A stretch of 64,000 nt of DNA from a virus (lineage: Duplodnaviria; Caudoviricetes). Location of the stretch: positions 64,001-128,000 of the IMG/VR virus record IMGVR_UViG_3300035182_002389; one strand, written 5' to 3'. The notes under the pieces were generated by a model. That model ran no database searches, was not told the DNA's origin, and saw only the letters and a list, made by a program, of their open reading frames with translations. Positions 28,139 to 37,709 of this stretch are shown in pieces. Both the position numbers and the translations under genes were made by a program. Position 1 is the first letter of the stretch. Each line of letters opens with the position of its first letter.

Positions 28139-28567
28139 TCAGCCGCGTCGAACACGCGCGAGGGTGACGACCTTCGCCGAGAAGTTCTCGCGCGCGTCGT
28201 ACACATCGTCTTCGCTCGTTCGGATGCGCGAGTCGAGGGCGCGTTTTGGGCTGTGGGGGATGAGCCGCAGCGGGACGGTCTTGTAGATGGTCCTGCTCAA
28301 GCGCCGTTTCCATCGGCGAATGAGCCCGTCCGCATCGTGTTCGCCTTCCGCATCGTAGAGATGATCGCCGACGCGAACGACGACGTGCACAACGACGTAC
28401 CAAGCGTCGTCTTCGCGGTGCATGTACACCCCCCGCTCGTCGTCCGTTCGGATGATCAGGTCATAGAGCTGAGGGTCTTGCACGCCCATGCGCAGCATGG
28501 CTTGTTGAAGGCCGATCGCGTACGACCAGCACGCGCCCGTGGTCCAGCGTTTGTCTGAGCGCGCCAT
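28139..28567 (-). CDS. papain/transglutaminase-fold-like small protein
   Basis: TTGACWSYAIGL...HVVVRVGDHLYDAEG (C...H...D). Confidence 0.55.
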   Translation of the reverse strand: MARSDKRWTTGACWSYAIGLQQAMLRMGVQDPQLYDLIIRTDDERGVYMHREDDAWYVVVHVVVRVGDHLYDAEGEHDADGLIRRWKRRLSRTIYKTVPLRLIPHSPKRALDSRIRTSEDDVYDARENFSAKVVTLARVRRG

Positions 28568-28571
28568 CGGC

Positions 28572-29519
28572 TTACAGCAAGTGCCCCGCGGCGATGTCGG
28601 CGGCAATGGCAACTTCGACCTTCGCTAGCTCCTGCACGTTCGTGACGATGACGCCCAGCTCGCGGTTGCGCGTCATCGATCCGGTCGAGAAGTTCACCGA
28701 GCCGATGTACGCCGCGGAGCCGTCCGCGAGGACGACTTTTGCGTGGATGTAGGGGCCGAGGCCCGAGTGTCCCGAGGATGGTGCGCCGCTCACATACACC
28801 TTGCCGCCCGCGGCCTTCACCATCGCGACGGAAGGGTTCGCGGCCGGAAGGTTCCCGGGCGCGTTCGCGACGACGAGGCGCACCTGAACGCCCTTTGCCA
28901 CCGCAGCGATGAGCCCTCTTGCGACGTCGTGGTCGCTGAACTCTTCGCCCTCGACGTCGAGCGTGTGTTTCGCCGACGCGATGAGCGTCATGATCTTCAG
29001 CTTCGCGTTGTCAGGCGCGACGACGAGCGCGCCCGAGGCGACGATTGGCTTGCCTGCGAAGTCGGCTGCGAAGATGGCTTCAGCTTCTGCAACATCAGCC
29101 GGGATCGTGTCGATGACGAGGTACTCGCGGTTGTGCATCGGCCCGGAGATGGACGCGTTCATCGTCATGATCCACGCGACCTTGCCGTCGAGGAGGACGC
29201 ATTTCTCGTGCGTGTACGCGAAATGCGGCGAGGCCCAAGCAACCGACACCTTCGCGCTCGTGAGCGCGGCGAACGCGAGAGAGTTCGGGCTCTCGCCCGG
29301 CGTCGAGAACGCGAAGTGCTCATTGAGCACGACCTTCACGTCGAGCCCTCGCGCGTGCGCGGCGATGATCGCGCCCAGCACCTCGTGCGAGGTGAGCATG
29401 TACATCGTGACGTGGACGCTTTTGTTTGCCGCGTCGATGGCTGCGATCAGCTCCGCGCCGTTATGGCCGTTCGGCTCGACGAGAATCGAGACGCCGCCCG
29501 CAGCCAGATCGTCGACCAT
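28572..29519 (-). CDS. phospholipase D superfamily protein (two HKD motifs)
   Basis: HEKCVLLD and HAKVVLAD...GSVNFS...NRELG. Confidence 0.9.
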   Translation of the reverse strand: MVDDLAAGGVSILVEPNGHNGAELIAAIDAANKSVHVTMYMLTSHEVLGAIIAAHARGLDVKVVLNEHFAFSTPGESPNSLAFAALTSAKVSVAWASPHFAYTHEKCVLLDGKVAWIMTMNASISGPMHNREYLVIDTIPADVAEAEAIFAADFAGKPIVASGALVVAPDNAKLKIMTLIASAKHTLDVEGEEFSDHDVARGLIAAVAKGVQVRLVVANAPGNLPAANPSVAMVKAAGGKVYVSGAPSSGHSGLGPYIHAKVVLADGSAAYIGSVNFSTGSMTRNRELGVIVTNVQELAKVEVAIAADIAAGHLL

Positions 29520-29555
29520 GTGCGCGAGCCTAGCAGATGTCCGACAGACTTGGCG

Positions 29556-29879
29556 TCAGATGACCTTGCCGTCCGGGGAGTAGGCCTTGAGCACACGGTA
29601 GCCCTCGAAGAAGTCCGTCACGGCCCTCTTGTAGTTGTCGTACTCGGAGTGGCCGTAGGGCTCGCGCGTCTCGGAATCGAACCGCGTGATGCGCCAACCG
29701 CCGGGACGGCTCGGATCGGGCGACAGAAGCAGGATGGTGTTCTCGTAGTCGGGGTGCGCGGTGACGGCCATCATGGGCTGCGGCGGCAGCGCTGCGTAAT
29801 GCGCGGCGAGCCTGCGCGTCATGACGCCCACGGCTCGCGAGCGAAGCACGCGACGTCGCATTTCTTCCGAGATGGCCAT
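29556..29879 (-). CDS. hypothetical protein
   Basis: MAISEEMRRR...GWRITRFD...PYGHSEY. Confidence 0.6.
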   Translation of the reverse strand: MAISEEMRRRVLRSRAVGVMTRRLAAHYAALPPQPMMAVTAHPDYENTILLLSPDPSRPGGWRITRFDSETREPYGHSEYDNYKRAVTDFFEGYRVLKAYSPDGKVI

Positions 29880-30940
29880 CAGACAACCCTCACGCGATAC
29901 GTGCCCACGTTCGCGTCGGGCGAAGCGACCGCGAAGTCTGCGCTCCTGCCCTTCGGGTCGGCGGCGAGTCGGTCCAGCTCCGAAGCGTTGAAGAACACCG
30001 CCAAACCTTTGCGCTTTGCCGAGTCCACAACCGACGACGCCTGAATGGTGGGCCCGGAGATCGAGGGGAAGGTCGTGGTGATGTACTCGGCGGCGCCCGG
30101 GACAGGATCGTTCGGGCGGGTCTGCCAGATGTAGCCTTTGTCGATCGCGTCGGCGGCGATCTTTGCGCCGTACGCCGTCACGACGGTTTTGGTCGGATCC
30201 TTCGGGTCCTTCACGTACGCGGGCGGAAGAGGCTCGCTGGTCGCTCTCACGCGCACGTTGAAGAGCTTGCCGTTCGGCGATGCGATCCAACCGTCCGGGT
30301 CCTTCGTCGTCCCGAACGTCAGCATCTTCGGCGTCTTGTAGGCTGCGATGTCGTCGAGGTCGTAGCGCGCGAGGTAGACCGCGGCCTTGCCCTTGTCGAC
30401 CGTCGCCCGGATGGTCTTCGACCCGTTGTACCACGTCGGATCGTTGCGAGCGTCCGACACGTCCGAGTCTGCCATGATGTGAAATACGGCGCCGTCGCCC
30501 TCGTGATTGAGGATGTAGTTCTTGTACGCATCGCCGAAGAGGACGCGCTCCCCCTCCGCCGTGAGAACGAGCCCGTCGGGCCGCCACGGGTCGTACTCGT
30601 AGAGCTGCCCCATGCGAAACTGATCGGGCGCCGCTGCGGCGCTCTCTCGGGCCGGCGTGCCGGAAGGCTGCACCGGAAGACCGAACAGCCCAGGGAGGGC
30701 CGAGAGATCGGGCCACCCGGGCGTCGAGCCGTCCGCGAACGAAGCCCTCTCGCCTGCGGGAGCAACCACGGGCGCCGCGCTCGGAGCCTGACCTTGCAGC
30801 TCCAGAGGTGCCGGGGCCGAACCTGGCGGAGCCGACGCTCCGCTCTGCTTCGTGTAGAGCCAGTAGCCGCCGATCGCGACCGCGCCGAGGCCCACGGTCC
30901 ACAGGAACGCGCTCGACCCGCTGCCCTTGCCGTCCGACAT
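29879..30940 (-). CDS. N-terminally membrane-anchored protein
   Basis: FLWTVGLGAVAIGGYWLYTKQ then Pro/Ala linker; TACGAT 7 nt before the ATG. Confidence 0.75.
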   Translation of the reverse strand: MSDGKGSGSSAFLWTVGLGAVAIGGYWLYTKQSGASAPPGSAPAPLELQGQAPSAAPVVAPAGERASFADGSTPGWPDLSALPGLFGLPVQPSGTPARESAAAAPDQFRMGQLYEYDPWRPDGLVLTAEGERVLFGDAYKNYILNHEGDGAVFHIMADSDVSDARNDPTWYNGSKTIRATVDKGKAAVYLARYDLDDIAAYKTPKMLTFGTTKDPDGWIASPNGKLFNVRVRATSEPLPPAYVKDPKDPTKTVVTAYGAKIAADAIDKGYIWQTRPNDPVPGAAEYITTTFPSISGPTIQASSVVDSAKRKGLAVFFNASELDRLAADPKGRSADFAVASPDANVGTYRVRVV

Positions 30941-30959
30941 GAACGGCATCGTACCTTCT

Positions 30960-30974
30960 GACTTGCGGCAAGTC
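30960..30974. promoter_or_regulatory. dyad motif
   Basis: GACTTGCGGCAAGTC between divergent genes. Confidence 0.75.
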
Positions 30975-31014
30975 GACGCTCGTCATCGACGTCGAGGCCG
31001 CGTACTCTCTGCGA

Positions 31015-31665
31015 GTGGACCGCCGCACCGACAAACGACGCCTGCTCGAAGCTTCCCGCAGCGCCTGGCAAATCGGAAAGAAGGCCGACCGCTACGTGAG
31101 CCAGCAGCGACACCTCGACGCCGCCGATGCGCATTTCAACGCGCACCTCCTGGAGCGTCGATTTCTCGACCGATACGGCAAGGCTCCGCTCGGCGACCGC
31201 TACCCGTTCGACGAACACCTACGCCAGCGCGAGCGCCACTTCGACGCCGTCGCCGAGGTCGAAGCGTGGTGGAAGAAGCGCAACGATCTGACCGTGAGGC
31301 TAGGCGAGTACAGCATCGCGGCGCGTTACGAGCAAAAGACGAATCTGCCGTGGCGCGCCGTCGAATCGCTGCGCCTCGAAGGTCTGTTCGCGGCGCGCGC
31401 CATCAACCTGCGCCACGATCTCATCGATCACGAGGGCCGCTTCAGCCGCTCGACCGACCACTCGGACATCGAGCGCGTCCGCGAACGCCACGCGGAAGCT
31501 CTCGCGGCCTTCCGGCGCGACAAGACCGGGCGCTACATCCTCGACATGAAGGAGCTGGCCGCCGCGCACGCTGCGACCCCCAAGGACCGCTACGGGCGCG
31601 TGCTTGGTCCCCTGTCGAAGTACGAGCGGGCGCGGGCCGCGCAAGGCGGCCGGAGCATGAGCTGA
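31015..31665 (+). CDS. hypothetical protein
   Basis: 216-aa basic helical ORF. Confidence 0.55.
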   Translation: MDRRTDKRRLLEASRSAWQIGKKADRYVSQQRHLDAADAHFNAHLLERRFLDRYGKAPLGDRYPFDEHLRQRERHFDAVAEVEAWWKKRNDLTVRLGEYSIAARYEQKTNLPWRAVESLRLEGLFAARAINLRHDLIDHEGRFSRSTDHSDIERVRERHAEALAAFRRDKTGRYILDMKELAAAHAATPKDRYGRVLGPLSKYERARAAQGGRSMS

Positions 31666-31709
31666 CTCGAACGTGTTCAAAATCGTGCGCGAGGCTCGAC
31701 GACTGAGCT

Positions 31710-32027
31710 TCAACGCAACGACGACCGAGCCTCGGCGTAGTAGCGGTGCGCGAAGTCGTCGGCCATCGAAGCAAACTTCTCGACGTCCGAGCCCTCGATC
31801 TTGATCGGGTTGATGCCCGAGCCGAGGAGCCATTTCGTCCCGTGCTCGGGGAGCGTCGAGTAGTGGATCACGCTCGATGACGCGTCCATGTAGAAGTAGA
31901 GCTGCATCTGCCCGTCGGGCGACGTCGCGATAGAAGGCTTGCTCTTGGTCGCCTTCTTCGGGACCTTCCAGCCGCGCGCCTTCAGGGACAAGAGGATGTT
32001 GTTGATCGCGACGTCGATGGTCTGCAT
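31710..32027 (-). CDS. hypothetical protein
   Basis: 105-aa coding-like ORF. Confidence 0.6.
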   Translation of the reverse strand: MQTIDVAINNILLSLKARGWKVPKKATKSKPSIATSPDGQMQLYFYMDASSSVIHYSTLPEHGTKWLLGSGINPIKIEGSDVEKFASMADDFAHRYYAEARSSLR

Positions 32028-32033
32028 GGCGGC

Positions 32034-32363
32034 CTACTTCGAGCGGCGAAGGCTGCTCTTGTGCGACATCGGAATCGAGAGCGACAGCGGAGCGTCGCCT
32101 GCGCGAACATCGTACACGACAGTTCCCGGCGCGCCGACCTCGTCGTTCTTTCGCGACCAGCGAGCGAGCAACTGTCTCACCTTGCCGCGGACCTCTACGA
32201 CGTCGATGCGCGTTGTGTCGTCGCCGATGTTCGACGGCTCTTGGACGTGCACGTCGAACTCTCGGTAGAGACGGGCGAGATCCGAATAGCCCGTAGCGCC
32301 GGCGCCCAGATGACCGCGCGGAAAGTAGTAGAGCAGACCGTAGTTCGGAGCTTTGGGCGCCAT
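32034..32363 (-). CDS. hypothetical protein
   Basis: 109-aa coding-like ORF. Confidence 0.55.
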   Translation of the reverse strand: MAPKAPNYGLLYYFPRGHLGAGATGYSDLARLYREFDVHVQEPSNIGDDTTRIDVVEVRGKVRQLLARWSRKNDEVGAPGTVVYDVRAGDAPLSLSIPMSHKSSLRRSK

Positions 32364-32432
32364 GGGCGTCCGTCGTACGCGCTCAAGCGAGAAGCCTCAA
32401 CGCCGTCCACCAACCCCCACGGTTCTCTTCCA

Positions 32433-32972
32433 TCACGTCGCTGGAAGCGGCCGAAACCCGTACTTTCCGAGCGCGTAGAACATGAGCAACGCGCGGGCTG
32501 AGAGGAACGGAATCGCTGTCCCTTCGGTGCGCAAGTACGCCTGCGCCACCGTGATCGCGGGCAGCGCAAAGACCGTCTTCGTGCGCAGCGCAAAGGCGCC
32601 CGTGAGCGTCAGGTCGATCGCCCAATCAAGGTTTCCGCCCAGCTCCGAGGTCTGCCCCGTCGCCCGCGCGACTCGGCCGTCCGCTTCGTCCGCGGCGATG
32701 GAAGCCAATGCCCACCACGGCGAGCCGCCCGTGAGATAGGCGAGCCCGGCCACGTAGCCCGCGACGCTGATCGCGTTCGGCAGATTGAAGGGGCTCGGGG
32801 CAGGCTCGGCCGAGGATGCCGGCGGGCGCGCGGGACCGCCCACGCTCGATGTCACATCAGCGGTGGACGCGATGCCAGCGGTGGATGCGATGCCAACGCT
32901 CGACGTGGGGCCTCGCGGACGCAGCCAGTCGAATCCATAGCACGCAGAAAGGTCGGGTCTCACCGGCGCCAT
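32433..32972 (-). CDS. CDP-alcohol phosphatidyltransferase family protein
   Basis: NLPNAIS followed by the signature DEADGRVARATGQTSELGGNLDWAID (DxxDGxxAR-x8-GxxxDxxxD); TAGAAT 7 nt before the ATG. Confidence 0.85.
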   Translation of the reverse strand: MAPVRPDLSACYGFDWLRPRGPTSSVGIASTAGIASTADVTSSVGGPARPPASSAEPAPSPFNLPNAISVAGYVAGLAYLTGGSPWWALASIAADEADGRVARATGQTSELGGNLDWAIDLTLTGAFALRTKTVFALPAITVAQAYLRTEGTAIPFLSARALLMFYALGKYGFRPLPAT

Positions 32973-32998
32973 GGCATCCATTCTACCTGTGAAGATCC

Positions 32999-33544
32999 TC
33001 AGCGACCACGTCGGACTGACACGCTCTGCCACGAGCCCGCCATCGCGCGGCTCAACGGCATGCCGTGCAAGGATCCGCTCCACAAGCGCAACGGAGAGCG
33101 CTCGACGGACTCGATCGCCGAGAGGCGAAAGAGCGCGACGCTCCAGTGTCGATACCCCTCCGCACTGTCGTCGCAGATGACTGCGTCGACGCGGCGAGCG
33201 CGAAAGAACGGAGCGCCCTCGTACAAGTCGAGGTTCTCGTAGGTCGCGTGCTTCTCCCACTCCCACAGGGCCGCGCGCTCGCGCGTCGCGATGTGCTTCT
33301 GGAAGGCTCGAACCGAGGAGCGTTCGAGGTCGAGGATGTCGACGACGTTGCTGCTCGGTCGCAGCATGATCTTCCAGATCGTGCACGAGGGCTTCTGACC
33401 GTGGAACCTTGCGTACGCGTACGCGGCGATGGGGTTCGCCGTGAGCCAGAGGATGCCGTTGCCGTTGAGCGCGAGGCGGTCGTAGTCCTCGCACGTGCCG
33501 TGGTAGAGCGGTTGTCGCCAAACGCGGGAACGTGCGGAGGACAT
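32999..33544 (-). CDS. ADP-ribosyltransferase-fold-like protein
   Basis: LYHGT...GILWLTANPIAAYAYA... Confidence 0.5.
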   Translation of the reverse strand: MSSARSRVWRQPLYHGTCEDYDRLALNGNGILWLTANPIAAYAYARFHGQKPSCTIWKIMLRPSSNVVDILDLERSSVRAFQKHIATRERAALWEWEKHATYENLDLYEGAPFFRARRVDAVICDDSAEGYRHWSVALFRLSAIESVERSPLRLWSGSLHGMPLSRAMAGSWQSVSVRRGR

Positions 33545-33600
33545 GGTCGTTCAATCTGCGTTCGAGGCCGATGAGCAAGACAGGAAGAGAGCGAGAACGC

Positions 33601-33707
33601 TCGGGGGCTGCGCGCCCCCGAACCCCGCGCCACCTGCGGTGGGGCTCCTGTTGGGGCTCTGCCCCAAACCCCGCTGAGGGGCGCTCACAGCGCGCCCCTC
33701 AGACTCC
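33601..33707 (+). repeat. dispersed repeat family A, copy 1 (four-hairpin element)
   Basis: TCGGGGG-ctgcgcg-CCCCCGA; CCACC-tgc-GGTGG; TTGGGG-ctctg-CCCCAA; CTGAGGGGCGC...GCGCCCCTCAG-ACTCCC. Confidence 0.92.
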
Positions 33708-34718
33708 CTACTGCTGAAGCTCTTGCAGGCGCTGGTCGGCCATCTGCGCCAGCTCGCTGCACCCATTCGCGGCAGCCGCGTCGCGCGTCTGCTGGATGGC
33801 GCCCTGATTCTGAGAGTTCATCACTTGGTCGAGGACGTTGCGGTACGCGTCCGCGACGTAACCGTTCGTGCAGCCGACCTGGCCGAACGGCGTGTTGATG
33901 AGCGAGGCCTGCATGCGCTGCTTCGCGTACGTGGCCAGCTCGCTGCAACCGTTTGCTTGGGCGACGTTGAGCGTGTCCTGGAGCTGCGTCTGGTCGGTTG
34001 CCCGACTGACCTGATCGAGCACGCCGCGATACGCGGACGCCACGAGTCCGGCCGAACAGACGACCGGGCCGAAGGGCGTGTTGAACGCGAGCGACTGAAG
34101 CCGCTGCGTCGCTGCATCCGTGAGCGCGGGGCAGTTGTGCGACTGCGCGATGTCGATGATCTGCTGGAGCGCGTCCGCGTCCTGCGAATCGTGAATCCGG
34201 TCGAGGACGTGATCCTGGTCGTCGTACGTCTCGTTGTTCGAGCAGACGATTCGGCCCATCGGCGTCTCGATGGTGAACGCGAGCATTCGGTTGTCGATGG
34301 CCTGCGTCAGATCATCGCAGCCGAGCGATTGGGAGACGTTGCGCGCGTAGTTGAGGTCTTGCATGTTCGACGACGATCGCGCCCCGTCAAGCACGCTGCG
34401 GTAGGCGTTGAGCACGCTCCCGCTCTCACACGCGACCGGCCCAAAGGGCGTGTCGGTCGTCGCCACCGGCGTGGCCGGCGTCGGTTCGGCCGGCTTGGGC
34501 GTGTTGTGGATGACGTCGGGCTGCACGACGGGCGGGACATACGCGGGCGGCGCGGGCGGCGCAGGGAGGACGGGCGTGCCCGGGAGCTTCTGCGAGGGCA
34601 CGATGGGCGGAGCGGCTGCGGGCGCCGCCGCCTTCGACGATTTCGCGATGAGGACGACCGCTGCGATGGCCGCGATGCCGCCGCCGACGAACAGAATCTT
34701 CTTGGTGTTCGGGTCCAT
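33708..34718 (-). CDS. membrane-anchored protein with four 62-aa Cys-pair repeats
   Basis: ILFVGGGIAAIAAVVLIAK, Pro linker, 4 x TP(F/M)G..C...VLD...C..L. Confidence 0.8.
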   Translation of the reverse strand: MDPNTKKILFVGGGIAAIAAVVLIAKSSKAAAPAAAPPIVPSQKLPGTPVLPAPPAPPAYVPPVVQPDVIHNTPKPAEPTPATPVATTDTPFGPVACESGSVLNAYRSVLDGARSSSNMQDLNYARNVSQSLGCDDLTQAIDNRMLAFTIETPMGRIVCSNNETYDDQDHVLDRIHDSQDADALQQIIDIAQSHNCPALTDAATQRLQSLAFNTPFGPVVCSAGLVASAYRGVLDQVSRATDQTQLQDTLNVAQANGCSELATYAKQRMQASLINTPFGQVGCTNGYVADAYRNVLDQVMNSQNQGAIQQTRDAAAANGCSELAQMADQRLQELQQ

Positions 34719-34766
34719 GTTCTTCCTCACCGCTCTCTGATGTGCGGACAGCTTATCACAAGCCGG

Positions 34767-35390
34767 CTACCGACCAATGGACGCGTCGTAGTCCTTCTCT
34801 TCGCGCATCGGCGGCCTGTAGTGCACGTCGACCTTGATGCCGAACTTCGCGACCAGTGCTTCGACGGCCAACTGGTCGATGGACCGCGTGCGCCGATCGA
34901 TCTTCCCCCTGAGCTGACCGCCTTGCCCGAACCGGCCGAACATGAAATGCGGGTGATGTCTCGGCAGAAAATCCGGCACGATGTAACCGCGACAGAGAGA
35001 GCCGTCCTTCTCCCAGACGTACATGTGAATGTGGTCGGGATGGCTCATCGCCGTCGATGAGGAGTTCTTCGGGTACGGCCCGTGTGCGCGTCCTTGCGGC
35101 GGTCGAGGCGTCAACAAAGGCTTGCCGCCCACCTTCAACGCGCCGGCGCCGACGATGTACTGCCCGTCCTTGCGGCTCTCGACCATCATCTGATCGGTCG
35201 GTTTCGAGGATCGCATCTCCGCCGACGCGTACGGCTCGAACATGTTGATCTCGCCGAGCACCTTCACGCGCTCTTTGCCGCGGTAGGCGATGAAGGGGAA
35301 GCGTGCGCGCACGAGCGCCGCAAGCTCAGCGTCCCGCAGCTCCTTGAACCGAAGCTGCTCGGCCGCCGAGAGGTCGTCCCAATACTTCAT
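34767..35390 (-). CDS. hypothetical protein (H-x-x-H-x-H motif)
   Basis: MSHPDHIHMY; TAATCT 6 nt before the ATG. Confidence 0.6.
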   Translation of the reverse strand: MKYWDDLSAAEQLRFKELRDAELAALVRARFPFIAYRGKERVKVLGEINMFEPYASAEMRSSKPTDQMMVESRKDGQYIVGAGALKVGGKPLLTPRPPQGRAHGPYPKNSSSTAMSHPDHIHMYVWEKDGSLCRGYIVPDFLPRHHPHFMFGRFGQGGQLRGKIDRRTRSIDQLAVEALVAKFGIKVDVHYRPPMREEKDYDASIGR

Positions 35391-35436
35391 GGCGCAAGAT
35401 TACTCACAAAGCCGCGTCGCGTATACGTGCCGGCGG

Positions 35437-35451
35437 GGCTTGTGACAAGCC
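35437..35451. promoter_or_regulatory. dyad motif
   Basis: GGCTTGTGACAAGCC between divergent genes. Confidence 0.75.
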
Positions 35452-35491
35452 AGCCTTGGCATGCGTCAGGGCGCGTGCGAAGCTCTCCGCC

Positions 35492-35854
35492 ATGGCCAAG
35501 ACCTCGCTGCAACCGTGGGAGCGCAAGCTGAGCCCCGAAATCCGATCCCGCATCGAGGCGGGTCGCACCCGCGACCTGAAGGACAGGCTTCGTGCGACGT
35601 CGAACGTCATGGCCTCCACCGCCTACGCGTTCTTGGAGACCGCGAAGGAAGACCGAAAGCTCTTCGAGCTTCTCGCGAACCATTTCCACGGCGACCCCTA
35701 CTACATGAGCAAAGAGCGCGCGTGGCACGCGGCCAGCCACGTGATGCAGGCGCTGCGCGCCGAAGCCAAGAAGCTCATGAAACACGCCACGTACGCCAGC
35801 TCGATGGCGCGAGGGGCCGAGCGCAAGCTCTCGAAGCTCGGCGCGCGCCAGTAG
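35492..35854 (+). CDS. hypothetical basic protein
   Basis: MAKTSLQPWERK...; dyad motif upstream. Confidence 0.6.
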   Translation: MAKTSLQPWERKLSPEIRSRIEAGRTRDLKDRLRATSNVMASTAYAFLETAKEDRKLFELLANHFHGDPYYMSKERAWHAASHVMQALRAEAKKLMKHATYASSMARGAERKLSKLGARQ

Positions 35855-35885
35855 ACGTCGACGATCGCTCCCCCATTTCGCGCCC

Positions 35886-35900
35886 GACTTCCGACAAGCC
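35886..35900. promoter_or_regulatory. dyad motif
   Basis: GACTTCCGACAAGCC, 4 nt before TAGAAT. Confidence 0.75.
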
Positions 35901-35916
35901 GTGATAGAATCAGCGG

Positions 35917-36246
35917 ATGTCGAGCCTGTCGCCGCACACCTTCACCGATTCCGATCACCACGTCCTCGACCGCGCCTCGCGCGAGTGGTGGAAGCTCGGA
36001 TGGGACTGCCTCGATTTCACGCTCTCCCACATGCGATGGGTGCGCGGTCGAGAGGGCATCGAAGTGTGGTCGACCGCGCGCGGCATCGACGTCTTCCACG
36101 TGATCGACGGTTCGCGCACCACACTTCGACCTGGAGGGTTTCGCGCGGGCAAGGCCCACGAGATCCTCAAGGTGCTCGCGCCCGTCCTCCATGCGCCGAC
36201 CTCTTCCATCGCGCCGACTTCTTCGCGCCGCGGCTCGCTGCGCTGA
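35917..36246 (+). CDS. hypothetical protein
   Basis: dyad plus TAGAAT 6 nt before the ATG. Confidence 0.6.
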   Translation: MSSLSPHTFTDSDHHVLDRASREWWKLGWDCLDFTLSHMRWVRGREGIEVWSTARGIDVFHVIDGSRTTLRPGGFRAGKAHEILKVLAPVLHAPTSSIAPTSSRRGSLR

Positions 36247-36256
36247 CGCGGGCCTC

Positions 36257-36976
36257 TCACCCCTCGACGTTGCGGAGCACGGTGTTGACGACTCGCTTGC
36301 GGTCGCGCGGCGACCAGTAGGGCGAGTAGAGACGCCATGTCTCACTCTGCTTCAGCATCACGCTCAAGCCTTCGCTCTTGCCGAACAGCTTCACGAACCG
36401 CTCGTACGCGGGGAGGATGTTCGACAGCTCGTCGAGGATGTTGATCAGGTACGCGGACACCTCTTTGCGCTGCGCGTAGTGCGTGCGCGGATCGTGCTCG
36501 ACTCTCCCTCGGGCCGCAGCGAACGCAGCGTCCGCTCCAGGGCCTGCCGTGTACGTCGGTCGAATCCCAGGGTCCGAGGCGTGACCAAGCTCGTGGATGA
36601 GCGTCTTGTAGAACTGCGAGGCGATGAGATCGCTGCCCGCAGCGGAGCGGTGAAGCTCGCTTGCGGGCACGCTGCCGTTGAACAGCAGCACGACGACGGG
36701 TTTGCCGTCGGGGGCGTGGCCGTAGCCGCCCTCGTGGACGTAGGCGCGCTCGTTCATGCGCCTCGCCAAGAGGACGATGTAGACCGTCTTCGACCATCCT
36801 CGGGCGTCGAGGATCTCGTACGGCTTGCCGGCCAAGAGCGTCTGGTCGCCGAGCGCGCCCGAATGCCCCTTCGTCTTCTCTGCGACGACGTCCTGAAGCT
36901 CTTTCGCGAGCCGCCTCGCCGAAGGCTTGTGGACCGGCAGCGTGCGGGCAAACCGATCGGCGGAAGAGTTCATCAT
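36257..36976 (-). CDS. zincin-like metallopeptidase domain protein
   Basis: KTLIHELGHASD plus downstream HYAQRKEVSAY. Confidence 0.65.
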   Translation of the reverse strand: MMNSSADRFARTLPVHKPSARRLAKELQDVVAEKTKGHSGALGDQTLLAGKPYEILDARGWSKTVYIVLLARRMNERAYVHEGGYGHAPDGKPVVVLLFNGSVPASELHRSAAGSDLIASQFYKTLIHELGHASDPGIRPTYTAGPGADAAFAAARGRVEHDPRTHYAQRKEVSAYLINILDELSNILPAYERFVKLFGKSEGLSVMLKQSETWRLYSPYWSPRDRKRVVNTVLRNVEG

Positions 36977-37023
36977 CTCGGACTCAAGCCTATCAGAGCC
37001 AAATCGAATCGAGAGCGAGACGC

Positions 37024-37132
37024 TCGGGGGCTGCGCGCCCCCGAACCCTGCGCCACCTGCGGTGGGGCTACTGTTGGGGGCTCTGCCCCCAAACCCCCGC
37101 TGAGGGCGCTTTCAGCGCGCCCTCAGACTCCC
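37024..37132 (+). repeat. dispersed repeat family A, copy 2
   Basis: near-identical four-hairpin element; contains the stop codon of 37068..37709. Confidence 0.92.
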
Positions 37133-37709
37133 CGCCGACATACCCCCATTCGAGGATCGAGTCGCCGTTCGTGTAGAGCGTGCGCGCGGGGACGACCTTG
37201 CTCACGATGGCGTAGTGGCCGCGCATCGGGCCTTCGCCGTGTGAGGCGGCATACGCGCGGTCGAGCGCCACCCAATCGCCCGGGTTGATGGTCGCGCGCC
37301 GAACCTTCTCGGGCGGCGGCATGGCGCGCAGTTGCGCGAGCGAGGCCACGATCGAGTCGTAGAGAGCAGATTTGGAGTGCGCGCCGTAGACAGCCCTGCG
37401 CGACGGCGGGAGCTGTCCGCGACGAAGCAGAGACGCGCGGTCGGCCTCCATCTGACGGATCTGCGCATCGCGGTTCGCGGGCAGCTTGATCGTCGCGCGG
37501 TAGATGCGCACCGGGCGGTTCGGATGGCCCCGCATGCGGCGGACAATCCCCCACGTGACGAGGTCCGTGCCGTCGCCGACGCCGTAGTACCGAGGGCCAA
37601 GCGACGAGTAGACGTCCTCAGGGTAGACGCTGCCCGCCGTGAGGTCGTGCAGCGGTGCCGCCTCGCGGCCGGGCGCTCTGTGGTCGATCCGGTAGTCGTC
37701 GTTGCTCAT
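37068..37709 (-). CDS. ART-fold-like protein whose C-terminus runs into repeat A
   Basis: VRIYRAT...INPGDWVAL..YA..HG...EWGY; last 20 aa encoded by the repeat. Confidence 0.55.
   Translation of the reverse strand: MSNDDYRIDHRAPGREAAPLHDLTAGSVYPEDVYSSLGPRYYGVGDGTDLVTWGIVRRMRGHPNRPVRIYRATIKLPANRDAQIRQMEADRASLLRRGQLPPSRRAVYGAHSKSALYDSIVASLAQLRAMPPPEKVRRATINPGDWVALDRAYAASHGEGPMRGHYAIVSKVVPARTLYTNGDSILEWGYVGGESEGALKAPSAGVWGQSPQQ

Noticed and set aside
29548-29562. GACTTGGCGTCAGAT as another dyad
   Set aside because: The right arm does not match AAGYC, so it was not counted.
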